Assembly (NCBI GenBank): GCA_029261065.1
Contig: JAJDCB010000030.1
Coordinates: forward strand, 48,196-112,195
DNA length: 64,000 bases
Direction of reading: 5' to 3'
Source: Candidatus Omnitrophota bacterium
GTDB taxonomy: Bacteria; Omnitrophota; Gorgyraeia; Zapsychrales; Zapsychraceae
Positions 18,994 to 28,462 of the stretch are shown here, piece after piece. The position numbers and the translations under genes are program-made. Below the pieces are notes generated by a model that made no database searches, was not told the DNA's origin, and worked only from the letters and a program-made list of their open reading frames with translations. Each line of letters starts with the position of its first letter. The first letter of the stretch is position 1.

Positions 18994-19196
18994 TTTAGGA
19001 ATTTCGGGGCTTAAACGAAATTCCATATTTGTGTAATACTCGGTAGTTTATTCTGGGGTTTATACCGTTGAGTTGGATTGGGATTAAGATGAGTCAAAAT
19101 AAGAGGTTTTCTTCTTTGTTATTTATTGACATATTGTAATATAAAAAGTAATCATGATCTTAAGGGTTATTCTAGGAAGGTAGGAGGAGTTTAGGA

Positions 19197-20645
19197 GTGC
19201 TGAAGAAAATAATATTGAGTTTTGGGGTGCTTTTTTGTTTTGCATCATGCATAGCGGCCGATGAGGGGTTTAAGATTTATGATCTTAAGGTGCCGGGCCA
19301 GACACAGCAGGTCCACTATCAGCTTTATTATCCCCAAATGTTTAAAGATAAGAATTTGCCTGTCTTAATTTGTGTGGGAGGCCTGCCGATTATTGATGGG
19401 AAATATGTGCATTCGGACACGAAAGAGTGTTTTGGGCCCGCTTGGAAACAAATGGCTGATGAGCGTGGCTTGGCTATTTTAGGGGTTGGGTTTTTGTTTG
19501 ATGAAGAGGATTGGAAGCACAAGAAGAGTTATCAGTATCCACGTGCTTGGTCGGGAAGAGCGGTATTAGATATTCTTCAAAAATTAAGTCAAGAACATCG
19601 AATAAACATCGATGAGCTATTTTTGTATGGTGTATCCGCGGGTTCTCAGTTTTCGATGCGATTTGCGTTTATGAATCCTTTAAAAGTGAAGGGTGTGACG
19701 GCACATGCAGCAGGGGGGTATGATCCGCCATTAGGCAAAATTCCAACTAAGTTTTTAATGACAGTTGGTGAGAATGATAATGTTAAATTTGTGCGTAAAG
19801 ACATGGCAGTCGAGTTTTCTCAAGCAGCTAGTTTGTTTGACATTGATCATCAATTAGAAATCATTCCAGATATTGCGCATATTCAGACAGAAAAGCAAAA
19901 TGAAATGTCGCGTGAGTTTATTCAGGATGTTTTGGACTCAGAAAATATTAAAGAAGATTTAAGTTTCGATATTCCGAGCGTAGCTATGGGAATTCGCGAA
20001 GAAGATTTGTTTACGACTTTTCCGCGTGATCAGGCACGGACACGCCGCGTCCAAGGTTCTGATGAATGGATTACTTACCTATATGGTCCCCAACAGAAAG
20101 ATTTTATTACTTTTTATATTAAGGAAGGGCAAGTTTTTAATTGGGGGCTGAATGCGCGTAGTGAAATTGTTGATGAGTATTTAAGTGAGTTTGCCTCTGG
20201 TGGATTGATGCGTAGCTATCCTAATATTTCTAAAGCATTAGTTAATGCGATGAATCACCTGCCAGAAGAAGCCTTTTTTAAAGTTACGGATCGTAAGAAA
20301 CCTCTTGTCTTTTTAGATGTGATCACCTCCGGTATCGCACGATATGCTAATGCAACACAGATGCGATTAAGAGCAGATGATCCGCCCGCATTTCAAGATG
20401 GATTTTATGTGATTAAGCTTGGCGATGAGCTTAATAATGGAGATGCGAAGGCTATTGAAGGGGTTATTTTGCATGAAATCATTCATGATTATTTGGATCA
20501 TTTAAATGGGGCTCCAGTCACATGCGATACAGAACGTCAAACGAATCGGCTTCTTAAAGAATGGGGATTTGAAGAAAATTGGCAGATGGCGAGTGATCAA
20601 TTTGGGGCAAAAAACAAGTCTGATAGTCCCTGTTTTGATGAATAA
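19197..20645 (+). CDS. secreted alpha/beta-hydrolase (esterase/depolymerase-like) with C-terminal HExxH-containing domain
   Basis: Signal peptide. GxSxG nucleophile elbow GVSAGSQ. A separate C-terminal region carries ILHEIIHDYLDH. Confidence 0.5.
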   Translation: MLKKIILSFGVLFCFASCIAADEGFKIYDLKVPGQTQQVHYQLYYPQMFKDKNLPVLICVGGLPIIDGKYVHSDTKECFGPAWKQMADERGLAILGVGFLFDEEDWKHKKSYQYPRAWSGRAVLDILQKLSQEHRINIDELFLYGVSAGSQFSMRFAFMNPLKVKGVTAHAAGGYDPPLGKIPTKFLMTVGENDNVKFVRKDMAVEFSQAASLFDIDHQLEIIPDIAHIQTEKQNEMSREFIQDVLDSENIKEDLSFDIPSVAMGIREEDLFTTFPRDQARTRRVQGSDEWITYLYGPQQKDFITFYIKEGQVFNWGLNARSEIVDEYLSEFASGGLMRSYPNISKALVNAMNHLPEEAFFKVTDRKKPLVFLDVITSGIARYANATQMRLRADDPPAFQDGFYVIKLGDELNNGDAKAIEGVILHEIIHDYLDHLNGAPVTCDTERQTNRLLKEWGFEENWQMASDQFGAKNKSDSPCFDE

Positions 20646-20735
20646 GCCCAAATTTATTCACCCTATAAATCTCTTTCCAATACAATTATTCGATGGTATC
20701 GTGATTTAAGTTTTATAAATAATGATAAACAGAAA

Positions 20736-22937
20736 TTGTGTTCCATGCCTCTGTCCCCAAACCATCACATAATATTTACTAAAAAAAAGTCTATCGTATT
20801 ATTTGCTTTATCTTTTTGTCTTTGGATGTTTTGTTTCAAAGGATTTATATTTGGCGATTTAACACTCACCTCCGATGCGTTGGCCTATTTCGAACATTTT
20901 CAATATTTCTTAAATAATGTCTCTCGTGGTGTTTTTCCTCTGTGGGAACCAGCTCGGCTGGAGGGAACGCCTGTGGATTTCTTCTGGCGACGCATTGGCT
21001 GTTATAATCCTACTTTTAGTCTTATCTTATTATTAAAGACGGTTGGTTTTTCTTATTTAACGTCTTATTTGATATATTTTTCACTGTATTATTTTTTAGG
21101 ATGTTTTGCCTTCTACCTTCTTTGTAACCGTATTTTTAAAAATGCCAACGTTGCTTTTGTTGCCTTTTTATTGTTGTACTTTTCTTCCCTTTCAACCCGT
21201 ATTTTTGATTCTTATATCCTCCTGACATGCGTGCCTTTGAGTTGGTTGTTTTATTTTATTGTTGCCTTTAGCCAATCACCAAAGCGTAAAAATTTTCTTG
21301 GAGCTACATTTAGCATGATGATTCTTCTGACAACGTACGTACCTTTTTATTTTTTTACGATTGTCATGACCTTTGTTTTTTGCTTTTTTATTGTCTATTT
21401 CAAAACATCCCTGTTTTATTTAAAACAGTTTTTAACCTTTATAAAAGACAATAAAGTCTTAGCGGTGCTTTGTACTGCATTTTTGCTAGCATCGTTAATA
21501 CCTGGAATTTTGTTTTTTATCGAGGGGAGAAGTGGGGAGCTGGTCATTCCGTTGCGTCATGGAGAATCGACTTCAGAGAATATGATGGCTGTTGATTATG
21601 TGAATATTACTCGTTGGGGTCTCGAGGAGGATTTGGCTTATTCAGCCGCTTACTCCAATTTAAGAAGGTTTAAATTCGCCATTCTTTATGTTCCTGCCTT
21701 TAGCTTTGTGATTTTGGCTATTGGGTTATTGTTGGGGCTTAGAAAAAGATTGGTGTTTCTTTTTACGTGGGGATTGCTTCTCCTGCTTATGTTTTCACAC
21801 TATGCGCCTATTTATGATTTTTTGTATGATCATATTTTTTATTTTGAATACTTTCGCAATCTTCATTTCTTTTTGTGGATGATTATTTTACCCATTTTTA
21901 TTTTGTTTGTTGCAGAACAATTAAGCATCTATTTTTCCTTAAAAGAAAGAAAAGACATCAAGAATATGGCTATTGTGGTAGTTCCCTTAATTGGGTTGCT
22001 CGTCGTACTTCTTTTACAAAAAGATGCAATTCTTTCAACCTATCTCGTTGTATTTGGATCTTTGCTCTTTTTTGTTCTTTATGGATTAGGGATTCTAAAA
22101 GAAAAGGGATGGGTCTTATCCTGTATCCTTTTAGGATTAATCGTTATTCAGCCGTTAGAAGTTTATCGTTATTTACATCTTAATACGGAAATTTTTGATT
22201 CAGGGTATCGGCAAGTGGAACCAAAACTAACTCTTTCATTGCCTGATAAAGAAACACGAGAAGGTTTGGGTTTAAGTGAGAAATATCGAGATTTAAAAAG
22301 TTATAAAGAAGAGGCGCCTTTTAGTGTTTATATGGGTGTCAGTTGGTTGCATTCTCTTCGACGGGAGTTAAATAATGAGGTTTTTAGTGATTACAGTGCA
22401 AATAAACTGATTCTTTATGATAACGTTCAGTGGGTGGATGACAATGATGTAGATATCGACTTTGTTGGAGATGTGTTTGTTCAGAATAAAAATGTTGCTC
22501 TTATTGCATCAAAGGATCCGCAATTTTTACGAGAAGGGGGATCAAAGACTAAAAATCCACAAGCTCAGTTTGTAACAAAAACTTCTTCTAAAGTGAAAGT
22601 GAAACATTACGATATTAATGATTTGAAATTAGAAACACATTTGGATCGCGATCAGTTTTTAGTCTTTAACGATTCTTTTCATAGTGGTTGGCAGGCGTAT
22701 ATTGATGGAACCAAAGTTGATATTGTTAGGGCGAACCTTGCTTTTAAGGGATTGTGGATTCCAAAGGGGGAACATGTTGTAGTTTTTCGATTTGGACATT
22801 TATGGCAATACGCTTTGAACTTCTCTTTAATGGCCTTGTTTTATGCGGTGTTTGGCTATTTGCTAATTTTATTTTATTGTTGCAAGTATAAGACGAAAAG
22901 TAATAGTGTCGTCCCCGCGAAAGCGGGGATCAAGTAA
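20736..22937 (+). CDS. large polytopic membrane protein, YfhO/GT-C-like (putative glycosyl- or lipid-transferase); C-terminus fused to a palindromic repeat
   Basis: About 14 TM helices then a roughly 250-aa extracytoplasmic C-terminal domain. The last 9 codons (VVPAKAGIK) are encoded by repeat unit 22908-22931. Confidence 0.45.
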   Translation: MCSMPLSPNHHIIFTKKKSIVLFALSFCLWMFCFKGFIFGDLTLTSDALAYFEHFQYFLNNVSRGVFPLWEPARLEGTPVDFFWRRIGCYNPTFSLILLLKTVGFSYLTSYLIYFSLYYFLGCFAFYLLCNRIFKNANVAFVAFLLLYFSSLSTRIFDSYILLTCVPLSWLFYFIVAFSQSPKRKNFLGATFSMMILLTTYVPFYFFTIVMTFVFCFFIVYFKTSLFYLKQFLTFIKDNKVLAVLCTAFLLASLIPGILFFIEGRSGELVIPLRHGESTSENMMAVDYVNITRWGLEEDLAYSAAYSNLRRFKFAILYVPAFSFVILAIGLLLGLRKRLVFLFTWGLLLLLMFSHYAPIYDFLYDHIFYFEYFRNLHFFLWMIILPIFILFVAEQLSIYFSLKERKDIKNMAIVVVPLIGLLVVLLLQKDAILSTYLVVFGSLLFFVLYGLGILKEKGWVLSCILLGLIVIQPLEVYRYLHLNTEIFDSGYRQVEPKLTLSLPDKETREGLGLSEKYRDLKSYKEEAPFSVYMGVSWLHSLRRELNNEVFSDYSANKLILYDNVQWVDDNDVDIDFVGDVFVQNKNVALIASKDPQFLREGGSKTKNPQAQFVTKTSSKVKVKHYDINDLKLETHLDRDQFLVFNDSFHSGWQAYIDGTKVDIVRANLAFKGLWIPKGEHVVVFRFGHLWQYALNFSLMALFYAVFGYLLILFYCCKYKTKSNSVVPAKAGIK

Positions 22938-23020
22938 TAGTTGTTATCGCGCACGGTTCCCCGCTTTCGCGGGGATGACACATTTAGTATCAATAGGTTC
23001 ACGCTTTCACGGGAATGACA
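22908..23020. repeat. cluster of three ATyCCC-N8-GGGrAT palindromic repeat units
   Basis: Units are gtcgtccccgcgaaagcggggatc (22908-22931, +), gttccccgctttcgcggggatgacac (22956-22981, inverted) and ggttcacgctttcacgggaatgaca (22996-23020, inverted, degenerate). The same family occurs at 2170, about 26533 and 44276-44372. Confidence 0.7.
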
Positions 23021-23038
23021 AATTTAGTTGTATAAAAC

Positions 23039-23965
23039 ATGAAATCATTTATTCATTACCTAAAACTCATCTCAACCCGCATTATCATCCTGTATCTCAT
23101 CGGCTATGGCATTATCCACATCTGTTTGGATGCAAAAGCCTCACAGCGTACGGCTAATCTATTGGCCTTAAATCGTATTCGGCCGGAGAGTTTTAATTAT
23201 CTCGTTAAGCTTTCAAAGGAGCAAGTTGAGCCTGATGCAGATAGTATTGATGGGTTTGTTCATTATTATGAAAAGGTCTTACAATTTGTTGGCCATCGCG
23301 CGGATGGTTATGGGCTGTTGGCCTATAGTTTGTGTCAAAAAGGTGAAAAGAAAAAATGTGTGGAAGCTTATAAGAGGGCTATTAAAGAGAATGCGACATT
23401 TTTTTGGTATTATCATAATTTGGGCGTGGTATATTATCAGGATGGTCGATACAAAGAGGCCTTTGATATTCTAAGCCAAGGGGTTGTTTTGCCTCCGGAG
23501 GCAACGTTTACGTATATAGGAACCTCACAGCGCTTGTATGTGCCTTTATTATCAATGGATTCCGAGGATATTCGGCCAAAACTCATTTCAGAATATAGGC
23601 TAGGGCATAAAGATAGTTATTTGATGATGGTTCAAAGCGCTTATGGATTGAAGGATTACAAAGAGGGGCTTCAATTGGCAATAAGAGCGATTGAGAATCA
23701 GTTAGACCAGCGAGGAGAGTTTTATTTTTATGCGGGTTTGGCATCGCATGAATTAAAGGATTATCCTAAAGCTGTGTATTTTTTCAAAGAAAGTATGAAA
23801 AGAGATGAAAAAAATCATGAGGTGGTGTACCATTTAGCGTTAAGTATTCAGGCCGCGGGAAAAGCCCAGATGGCGCAGAAAATTATTCAAAAATCAGAAG
23901 GGCTTAAACGTCTGTCGGGATCAACAGCATATTCAGATCAAAACTTTGCGTTAAAATTGTATTAA
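23039..23965 (+). CDS. TPR-repeat protein with N-terminal membrane anchor
   Basis: Several 34-residue W/LG/Y-A-F/A-P TPR-like repeats (e.g. ATFFWYYHNLGVVYYQDGRYKEAF). Hydrophobic N-terminus. Confidence 0.5.
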   Translation: MKSFIHYLKLISTRIIILYLIGYGIIHICLDAKASQRTANLLALNRIRPESFNYLVKLSKEQVEPDADSIDGFVHYYEKVLQFVGHRADGYGLLAYSLCQKGEKKKCVEAYKRAIKENATFFWYYHNLGVVYYQDGRYKEAFDILSQGVVLPPEATFTYIGTSQRLYVPLLSMDSEDIRPKLISEYRLGHKDSYLMMVQSAYGLKDYKEGLQLAIRAIENQLDQRGEFYFYAGLASHELKDYPKAVYFFKESMKRDEKNHEVVYHLALSIQAAGKAQMAQKIIQKSEGLKRLSGSTAYSDQNFALKLY

Positions 23966-23975
23966 AGGGATAAGT

Positions 23976-25172
23976 ATGAATAAATCAAAACCGAGCATCC
24001 TACATCTGGCAACACTTTTTTTGATCGGATTGTATTTTTTTCTTTGTTTGACTCACTTTTCATTTCAAAGACCATTATGGAATGATGAGAGCTGTGTTTT
24101 TTTAAGCATTCAACAATTCTCTCAGAAAGAAATATTTACAAGGACGATGTTGGCTGATCAGGTGTTTCCTCGAACTTATTTATTTTTTATTCAAAGTTTT
24201 TCCACCATTTTTAATTTTCATCCTCTTAGTCTACGTTTACCTTCCTTGATATGTATGTTTATAGCCTTCTTTTTGTGGCTTAAAATTGCAAAGATTGTTT
24301 TTAAGAGTGAATTAGAACGTTTTATTTTTGTGTTATGTTGGTGCGCATCCATTCCGTTGGTGTATTATTCGGCGGAATTAAAACAATATTCGATGGATCT
24401 AATGGCAGGGGCCTTATTTTTGTTGTTTCTTTTTAAACAGCAACAGTGGCAGGCTTCTGAGGATAAGAAAAAATTTGGGTTAACACTTATGGCCCTGCCT
24501 TTTTTAGGGTTGTTTTCTTATCCAGCCTTAATGTTATCTTTTCTTCCTTTATACAATTTGTGTTTGTATGCCAAAAATGAGAATAAAAAACATTTTAAAT
24601 ACGTTCTACTATATGGAACGTCTATGGCGATTGTTATTCTCATATCTTATTTTTTTGATATGCGTTTAAGACCAATTAAGACTGTTACAGATGGATTTGG
24701 CGATTATTTTATTTCTTTTGCTTCGTTCGGTGAGTTTTTTAAGACCTTAGGGGAGGGAGTAAATAACTTGTTTTCGCGTTATTTGGCGGAACATCCAAAG
24801 GTTTTAAAGAAGTTTGTTCGTAGTTTTATGACATTTGGTTTGTTTTATATGTTTTATGCTTTTTTTAAAAATTTTAAAAAGCAACGCTATTATCTTAACA
24901 CCTTAAATGTCCTTGCCTTTGCTATCTTTCTGGAATTGTTTATGTTAGGTGCGTTAAAAAAATATCCCTTTACTGTACCAAGAACGTCTTTGTTTTTTTC
25001 TCCAATAGTTTTCTTTTTAACGATTAAGGGGATTGGTGTGCTTAAGGATATTAACAAGCCAATTTATTATATAATTAATACTAGTTTTATTATATTTTTA
25101 ATAGCGTTAACGGTGGGGCTTACAAACGTTGTTTTATTTCAGTATTTGGGAGGACAATCGGCCCTTTGGTGA
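23976..25172 (+). CDS. hypothetical polytopic membrane protein
   Basis: 398 aa with about 10 TM helices. No diagnostic motif. Confidence 0.35.
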   Translation: MNKSKPSILHLATLFLIGLYFFLCLTHFSFQRPLWNDESCVFLSIQQFSQKEIFTRTMLADQVFPRTYLFFIQSFSTIFNFHPLSLRLPSLICMFIAFFLWLKIAKIVFKSELERFIFVLCWCASIPLVYYSAELKQYSMDLMAGALFLLFLFKQQQWQASEDKKKFGLTLMALPFLGLFSYPALMLSFLPLYNLCLYAKNENKKHFKYVLLYGTSMAIVILISYFFDMRLRPIKTVTDGFGDYFISFASFGEFFKTLGEGVNNLFSRYLAEHPKVLKKFVRSFMTFGLFYMFYAFFKNFKKQRYYLNTLNVLAFAIFLELFMLGALKKYPFTVPRTSLFFSPIVFFLTIKGIGVLKDINKPIYYIINTSFIIFLIALTVGLTNVVLFQYLGGQSALW

Positions 25173-25336
25173 TTTAAAGGACTCAAAAATATTCTTGCCA
25201 CAAAGGGAGCCCCCATATATAATAGGCTCCAATAAAGGACTTCATTTGGTGAAAAAGAATGTAAGTTGTTATATAATCAGAACTTGAGTGTTAATCGTAT
25301 TAATGCTTGAGTCATCAATACAAGTGGAGGTTTTGT

Positions 25337-25660
25337 ATGGCTGTTTTGGAAATAACAAATGACAATTTTGAGAGTGAAGTATTAAAGTCAGATTTGCCTG
25401 TATTAGTCGACTTTTGGGCAGAATGGTGTGGGCCATGCAAAATGATTGCCCCTATTGTGGATGAAATTTCAGGTGAGTTAGAAGGAAAGTTAAAGGTGTC
25501 CAAATTAAATATCGACGATTCGCAGGAATTAGCGGTTAAATTCAATGTTATGTCTATTCCTACTCTTTTGATATTTAAAAATGGTGAGCCTGTCGAAGCT
25601 ATTGTTGGTGCAATGTCCAAAGACCAGCTATTAGATAAAATCAACCCTCACGTAGCATAA
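25337..25660 (+). CDS. trxA: thioredoxin
   Basis: WAEWCGPCK active site. About 107 aa from the ATG at 25337, which is preceded by a ggagg RBS. Track ORF starts at 25307. Confidence 0.85.
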   Translation: MAVLEITNDNFESEVLKSDLPVLVDFWAEWCGPCKMIAPIVDEISGELEGKLKVSKLNIDDSQELAVKFNVMSIPTLLIFKNGEPVEAIVGAMSKDQLLDKINPHVA

Positions 25661-25669
25661 AGGTCAATT

Positions 25670-26020
25670 ATGTTTATAGAATTTTGTAAATCCAAATTAG
25701 CACACGCTACAATTACCGATTCCCATCTGCATTATGAAGGAAGCATTACGGTTGATATTGATTTATTAAACGTTGTTGATATTGTTCCAGGAGAGAAGGT
25801 TCAGATTCTTAATATGAACAATGGGCAACGGTTTGATACTTATGCGATTGAAGGCAAGGCAGGATCTGGTGAAGTCTGTTTAAATGGTCCAGCGGCAAGA
25901 TTAGGTTTGATTGGTGATAAGATTATGATCTTAAGTTATGCAATGGTAGACCATCAAGAAGCCAAGACTATAAAGACAAAAGTTGCGCATTTAAACGATA
26001 AGAATGAAATTAAGGTTTAA
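25670..26020 (+). CDS. panD: aspartate 1-decarboxylase proenzyme
   Basis: KLH.ATIT...LHYEGSITVD. 116 aa with the conserved G-S self-cleavage region. Confidence 0.8.
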   Translation: MFIEFCKSKLAHATITDSHLHYEGSITVDIDLLNVVDIVPGEKVQILNMNNGQRFDTYAIEGKAGSGEVCLNGPAARLGLIGDKIMILSYAMVDHQEAKTIKTKVAHLNDKNEIKV

Positions 26021-26022
26021 TT

Positions 26023-26520
26023 ATGGGGTCTCTCCTAAAGGTACGTCAATACGGTGATCCTTGTCTTAGGCAGAAGTCGGTTCTTGTAGAGGAAATTGGT
26101 GTCCCTGAAAGAATGCTTATACAAGCGATGGTTCAGACGATGCATGAAGACAAGGGCATTGGTCTTGCTGCTCCTCAAGTTGGTATTAATAAACGTATAT
26201 TTGTAATAGACATCGGTGATGGGCCTATGGTGTTCATCAATCCTAAAATTATTAACGCCGAAGGAGCTAGTGTTTTAGAAGAGGGATGTTTAAGTATTCC
26301 CGAAGCATTAGTAAAAGTTGAGCGCCCTGAGAAGATTCGCGTGCAGTATAGAGATGAAGATAATAAGTTGTTTGAACGAGATTTTGATGAGTTGCAGGCG
26401 CGTGTGATTCAGCATGAAAATGACCATTTGGATGGTAAGATGATTGTTGATTATGCGACGGAAGAAGAGTTGGCGAAGTGGAAGAAGAAGCTTGAAGAGA
26501 TTGAGAAAGAAAAAAAGTAA
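26023..26520 (+). CDS. def: peptide deformylase
   Basis: The three PDF motifs GIGLAAPQVG, EGCLSIP and HENDHLDG. Confidence 0.85.
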   Translation: MGSLLKVRQYGDPCLRQKSVLVEEIGVPERMLIQAMVQTMHEDKGIGLAAPQVGINKRIFVIDIGDGPMVFINPKIINAEGASVLEEGCLSIPEALVKVERPEKIRVQYRDEDNKLFERDFDELQARVIQHENDHLDGKMIVDYATEEELAKWKKKLEEIEKEKK

Positions 26521-26530
26521 AGGCCATATT

Positions 26531-26555
26531 GGCATCCCCGCGCGAGGATAACACA
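26531..26555. repeat. degenerate copy of the palindromic repeat family (gcATCCCCgcgcgaggATaacac) in the def-lipA spacer
   Basis: Left arm ATCCCC is intact and the right arm is degenerate. It generates a spurious N-terminal extension (MASPREDN) on the lipA ORF. Confidence 0.4.
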
Positions 26556-26561
26556 ATTCTT

Positions 26562-27449
26562 ATGACTACTACAACACCACAAAAACTTCCCTCCTGGTTC
26601 CGTCAGGACATTCCCAATATAGAAAAAATTCGTTCCATGCAAAAGATGTTTCGTTCAACAGGCTTACATACTGTTTGTGAGAGTGCGCGATGTCCTAATA
26701 TGGGTAAATGCTGGGGGCAGGGAGTTGCTACATTTATGATTCTCGGTGAAATTTGTACACGGGCGTGTCGGTTTTGTGCGGTTAAGGCGGGTCATCCTAT
26801 GAAGGTCGATGAAAAGGAACCAAAACACATTGCTGATGCAGTCAAGGCTTTGCAGTTGCGGTATGTTGTTATAACATCTGTTGCACGCGATGATTTGCCA
26901 GATGAAGGGGCCCAACATTTTTATGAGACGATTCAAGCGGTTCGTCAAGCGATGCCAAATATTAAAATTGAAGTGCTTATTCCAGATTTTTCAAATAAGT
27001 GGGATAGTTTAAAGGTTGTTGTTGATGCAAAACCTGAGGTTGTTAGCCACAATGTTGAGAGTGTTAAACGTTTATCAAACCGGATCCGTCCACAGGCGAG
27101 TTATGAGCGTTCGTTGGATGTTTTAAGGAACTTTAAGAAGCTAGATCGTGATATCTTTACAAAATCAAGTATTATGGTTGGATTAGGAGAAACGGAAGAG
27201 GAACTTATATCGACAATGAAGGATCTTTTGGCTGTTGAATGCGATATTTTAACAATTGGTCAATACCTGGCTCCAACCCAATTAAAGAGACATCTTCCTG
27301 TTGAAACATTTTATACACCGGATCAATTTAAATCATTAAAAACACTTGGCATGAAATTAGGATTTAAACATGTTATGAGCGGTCCCTTGGTAAGAAGTTC
27401 GTTTATCGCTGAAGAAGGGTATCGTGAGTGTGTGGAGAGTTTAGGATAA
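26562..27449 (+). CDS. lipA: lipoyl synthase (radical SAM)
   Basis: N-terminal auxiliary cluster CESARCPNMGKCW and radical-SAM CTRACRFCAV. Start chosen at MTTTTPQKL, downstream of the repeat-derived extension. Confidence 0.8.
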   Translation: MTTTTPQKLPSWFRQDIPNIEKIRSMQKMFRSTGLHTVCESARCPNMGKCWGQGVATFMILGEICTRACRFCAVKAGHPMKVDEKEPKHIADAVKALQLRYVVITSVARDDLPDEGAQHFYETIQAVRQAMPNIKIEVLIPDFSNKWDSLKVVVDAKPEVVSHNVESVKRLSNRIRPQASYERSLDVLRNFKKLDRDIFTKSSIMVGLGETEEELISTMKDLLAVECDILTIGQYLAPTQLKRHLPVETFYTPDQFKSLKTLGMKLGFKHVMSGPLVRSSFIAEEGYRECVESLG

Positions 27450-27451
27450 AC

Positions 27452-28462
27452 ATGGCAGAGAATAATAAATTAAAAGATATCGGCTCCTTTATTATGCGCT
27501 TTGGCGTTAGCGCATTATTATTGTGGTTTATTTATACAAAAATTGATGTCGAACAGACGAAAGAAGTTTTAAAAACAGCAAAAATTTCTTATATTGTTTA
27601 TGCCTTCTTGATTTTTTCTTTTGGCCATTCTTTTCTGATTTATCGGTGGTGGATTTTTATTAAGGCGTTGGATTTAGTGACAACAGTGATGAATGTTACC
27701 CGCTATTTTTTTATTGGTCTGTTTGGGAATCTCGTTTTGCCAAGTGCCATTGGGGGAGATGTGATAAAAATTTTAGGCATGTGTAAGACCAGCGATCAAA
27801 AGCCGCGTGTGATTGCCTCTGTTTTGCTTGATCGTTTAAGTGGGTTTGCTGGGCTTGTGATTGTCGCTGTTTTCTCGTTTATATTTGGTTTTAATCTTAT
27901 CGAAAATAAAATGTTGGCGATTCCTATTGTATTGATGGGTGTTGGGTCCTTCTGTATTATTTCTATTTTATTTAATGAAAAGATCTATTCGTTTTTTTGT
28001 AAAGTTTTTGGCAAGTTTCCTAAGCTCCAAAAAAGTCTTATGAATATGCATTATGATATTATGTTGCTCAAAGATAAACCAATGGAGGGGTGGAAGGCTA
28101 TTGGTTTATCCGCTTTTGGACAAATCAATTTGGCACTTTGTTATTATTTGCTTGCTTTAGGGTTACATCAAAGTGTAAATCCTGTTTATTTTTTAATTTT
28201 TATTCCTATTATTTGTGTCGGCTCTGCTTTTCCATCGATTGGGGGATTAGGTGTCAGAGAGGTTGTTGCTGCTATTTTGTTTGCTCAAATTGGGGTTGGA
28301 GAAGGGATCGCGGTAAGCATGACACTGCTTAATTATTTATTTATGATTGTTATGGGTTTATTAGGAGGATTGTTTTATGTCGTTACAATACCTTCTGGAC
28401 GGGTACAACATCAGTCATCAGATCGAGATGCCGGAGAATCTGTCTCTTCAGGAACAGCGTGA
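27452..28462 (+). CDS. flippase-like / lysylphosphatidylglycerol-synthase TM-domain family membrane protein (UPF0104)
   Basis: 8 TM helices with ...IGGDVIKILGM...LDRLSG... signature. ATG at 27452 follows the lipA stop. The 3' end overlaps the next gene by 86 bp. Confidence 0.5.
   Translation: MAENNKLKDIGSFIMRFGVSALLLWFIYTKIDVEQTKEVLKTAKISYIVYAFLIFSFGHSFLIYRWWIFIKALDLVTTVMNVTRYFFIGLFGNLVLPSAIGGDVIKILGMCKTSDQKPRVIASVLLDRLSGFAGLVIVAVFSFIFGFNLIENKMLAIPIVLMGVGSFCIISILFNEKIYSFFCKVFGKFPKLQKSLMNMHYDIMLLKDKPMEGWKAIGLSAFGQINLALCYYLLALGLHQSVNPVYFLIFIPIICVGSAFPSIGGLGVREVVAAILFAQIGVGEGIAVSMTLLNYLFMIVMGLLGGLFYVVTIPSGRVQHQSSDRDAGESVSSGTA

Noticed and set aside
22906-23157. 83-aa ORF MSSPRKRGSSNSCYRARFPAFAGMT...
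   Set aside because: Its first 40 codons are read straight through the palindromic repeat units, it overlaps the start of the TPR gene at 23039, and it has no RBS. It is a repeat-generated artefact.
25173-25306. Hairpin ggagcc-N13-ggctcc upstream of trxA as a member of the palindromic repeat family
   Set aside because: Arms are only 6 bp and it lacks the ATyCCC/GGGrAT arms of the family. Likely an ordinary terminator or operator-like hairpin.
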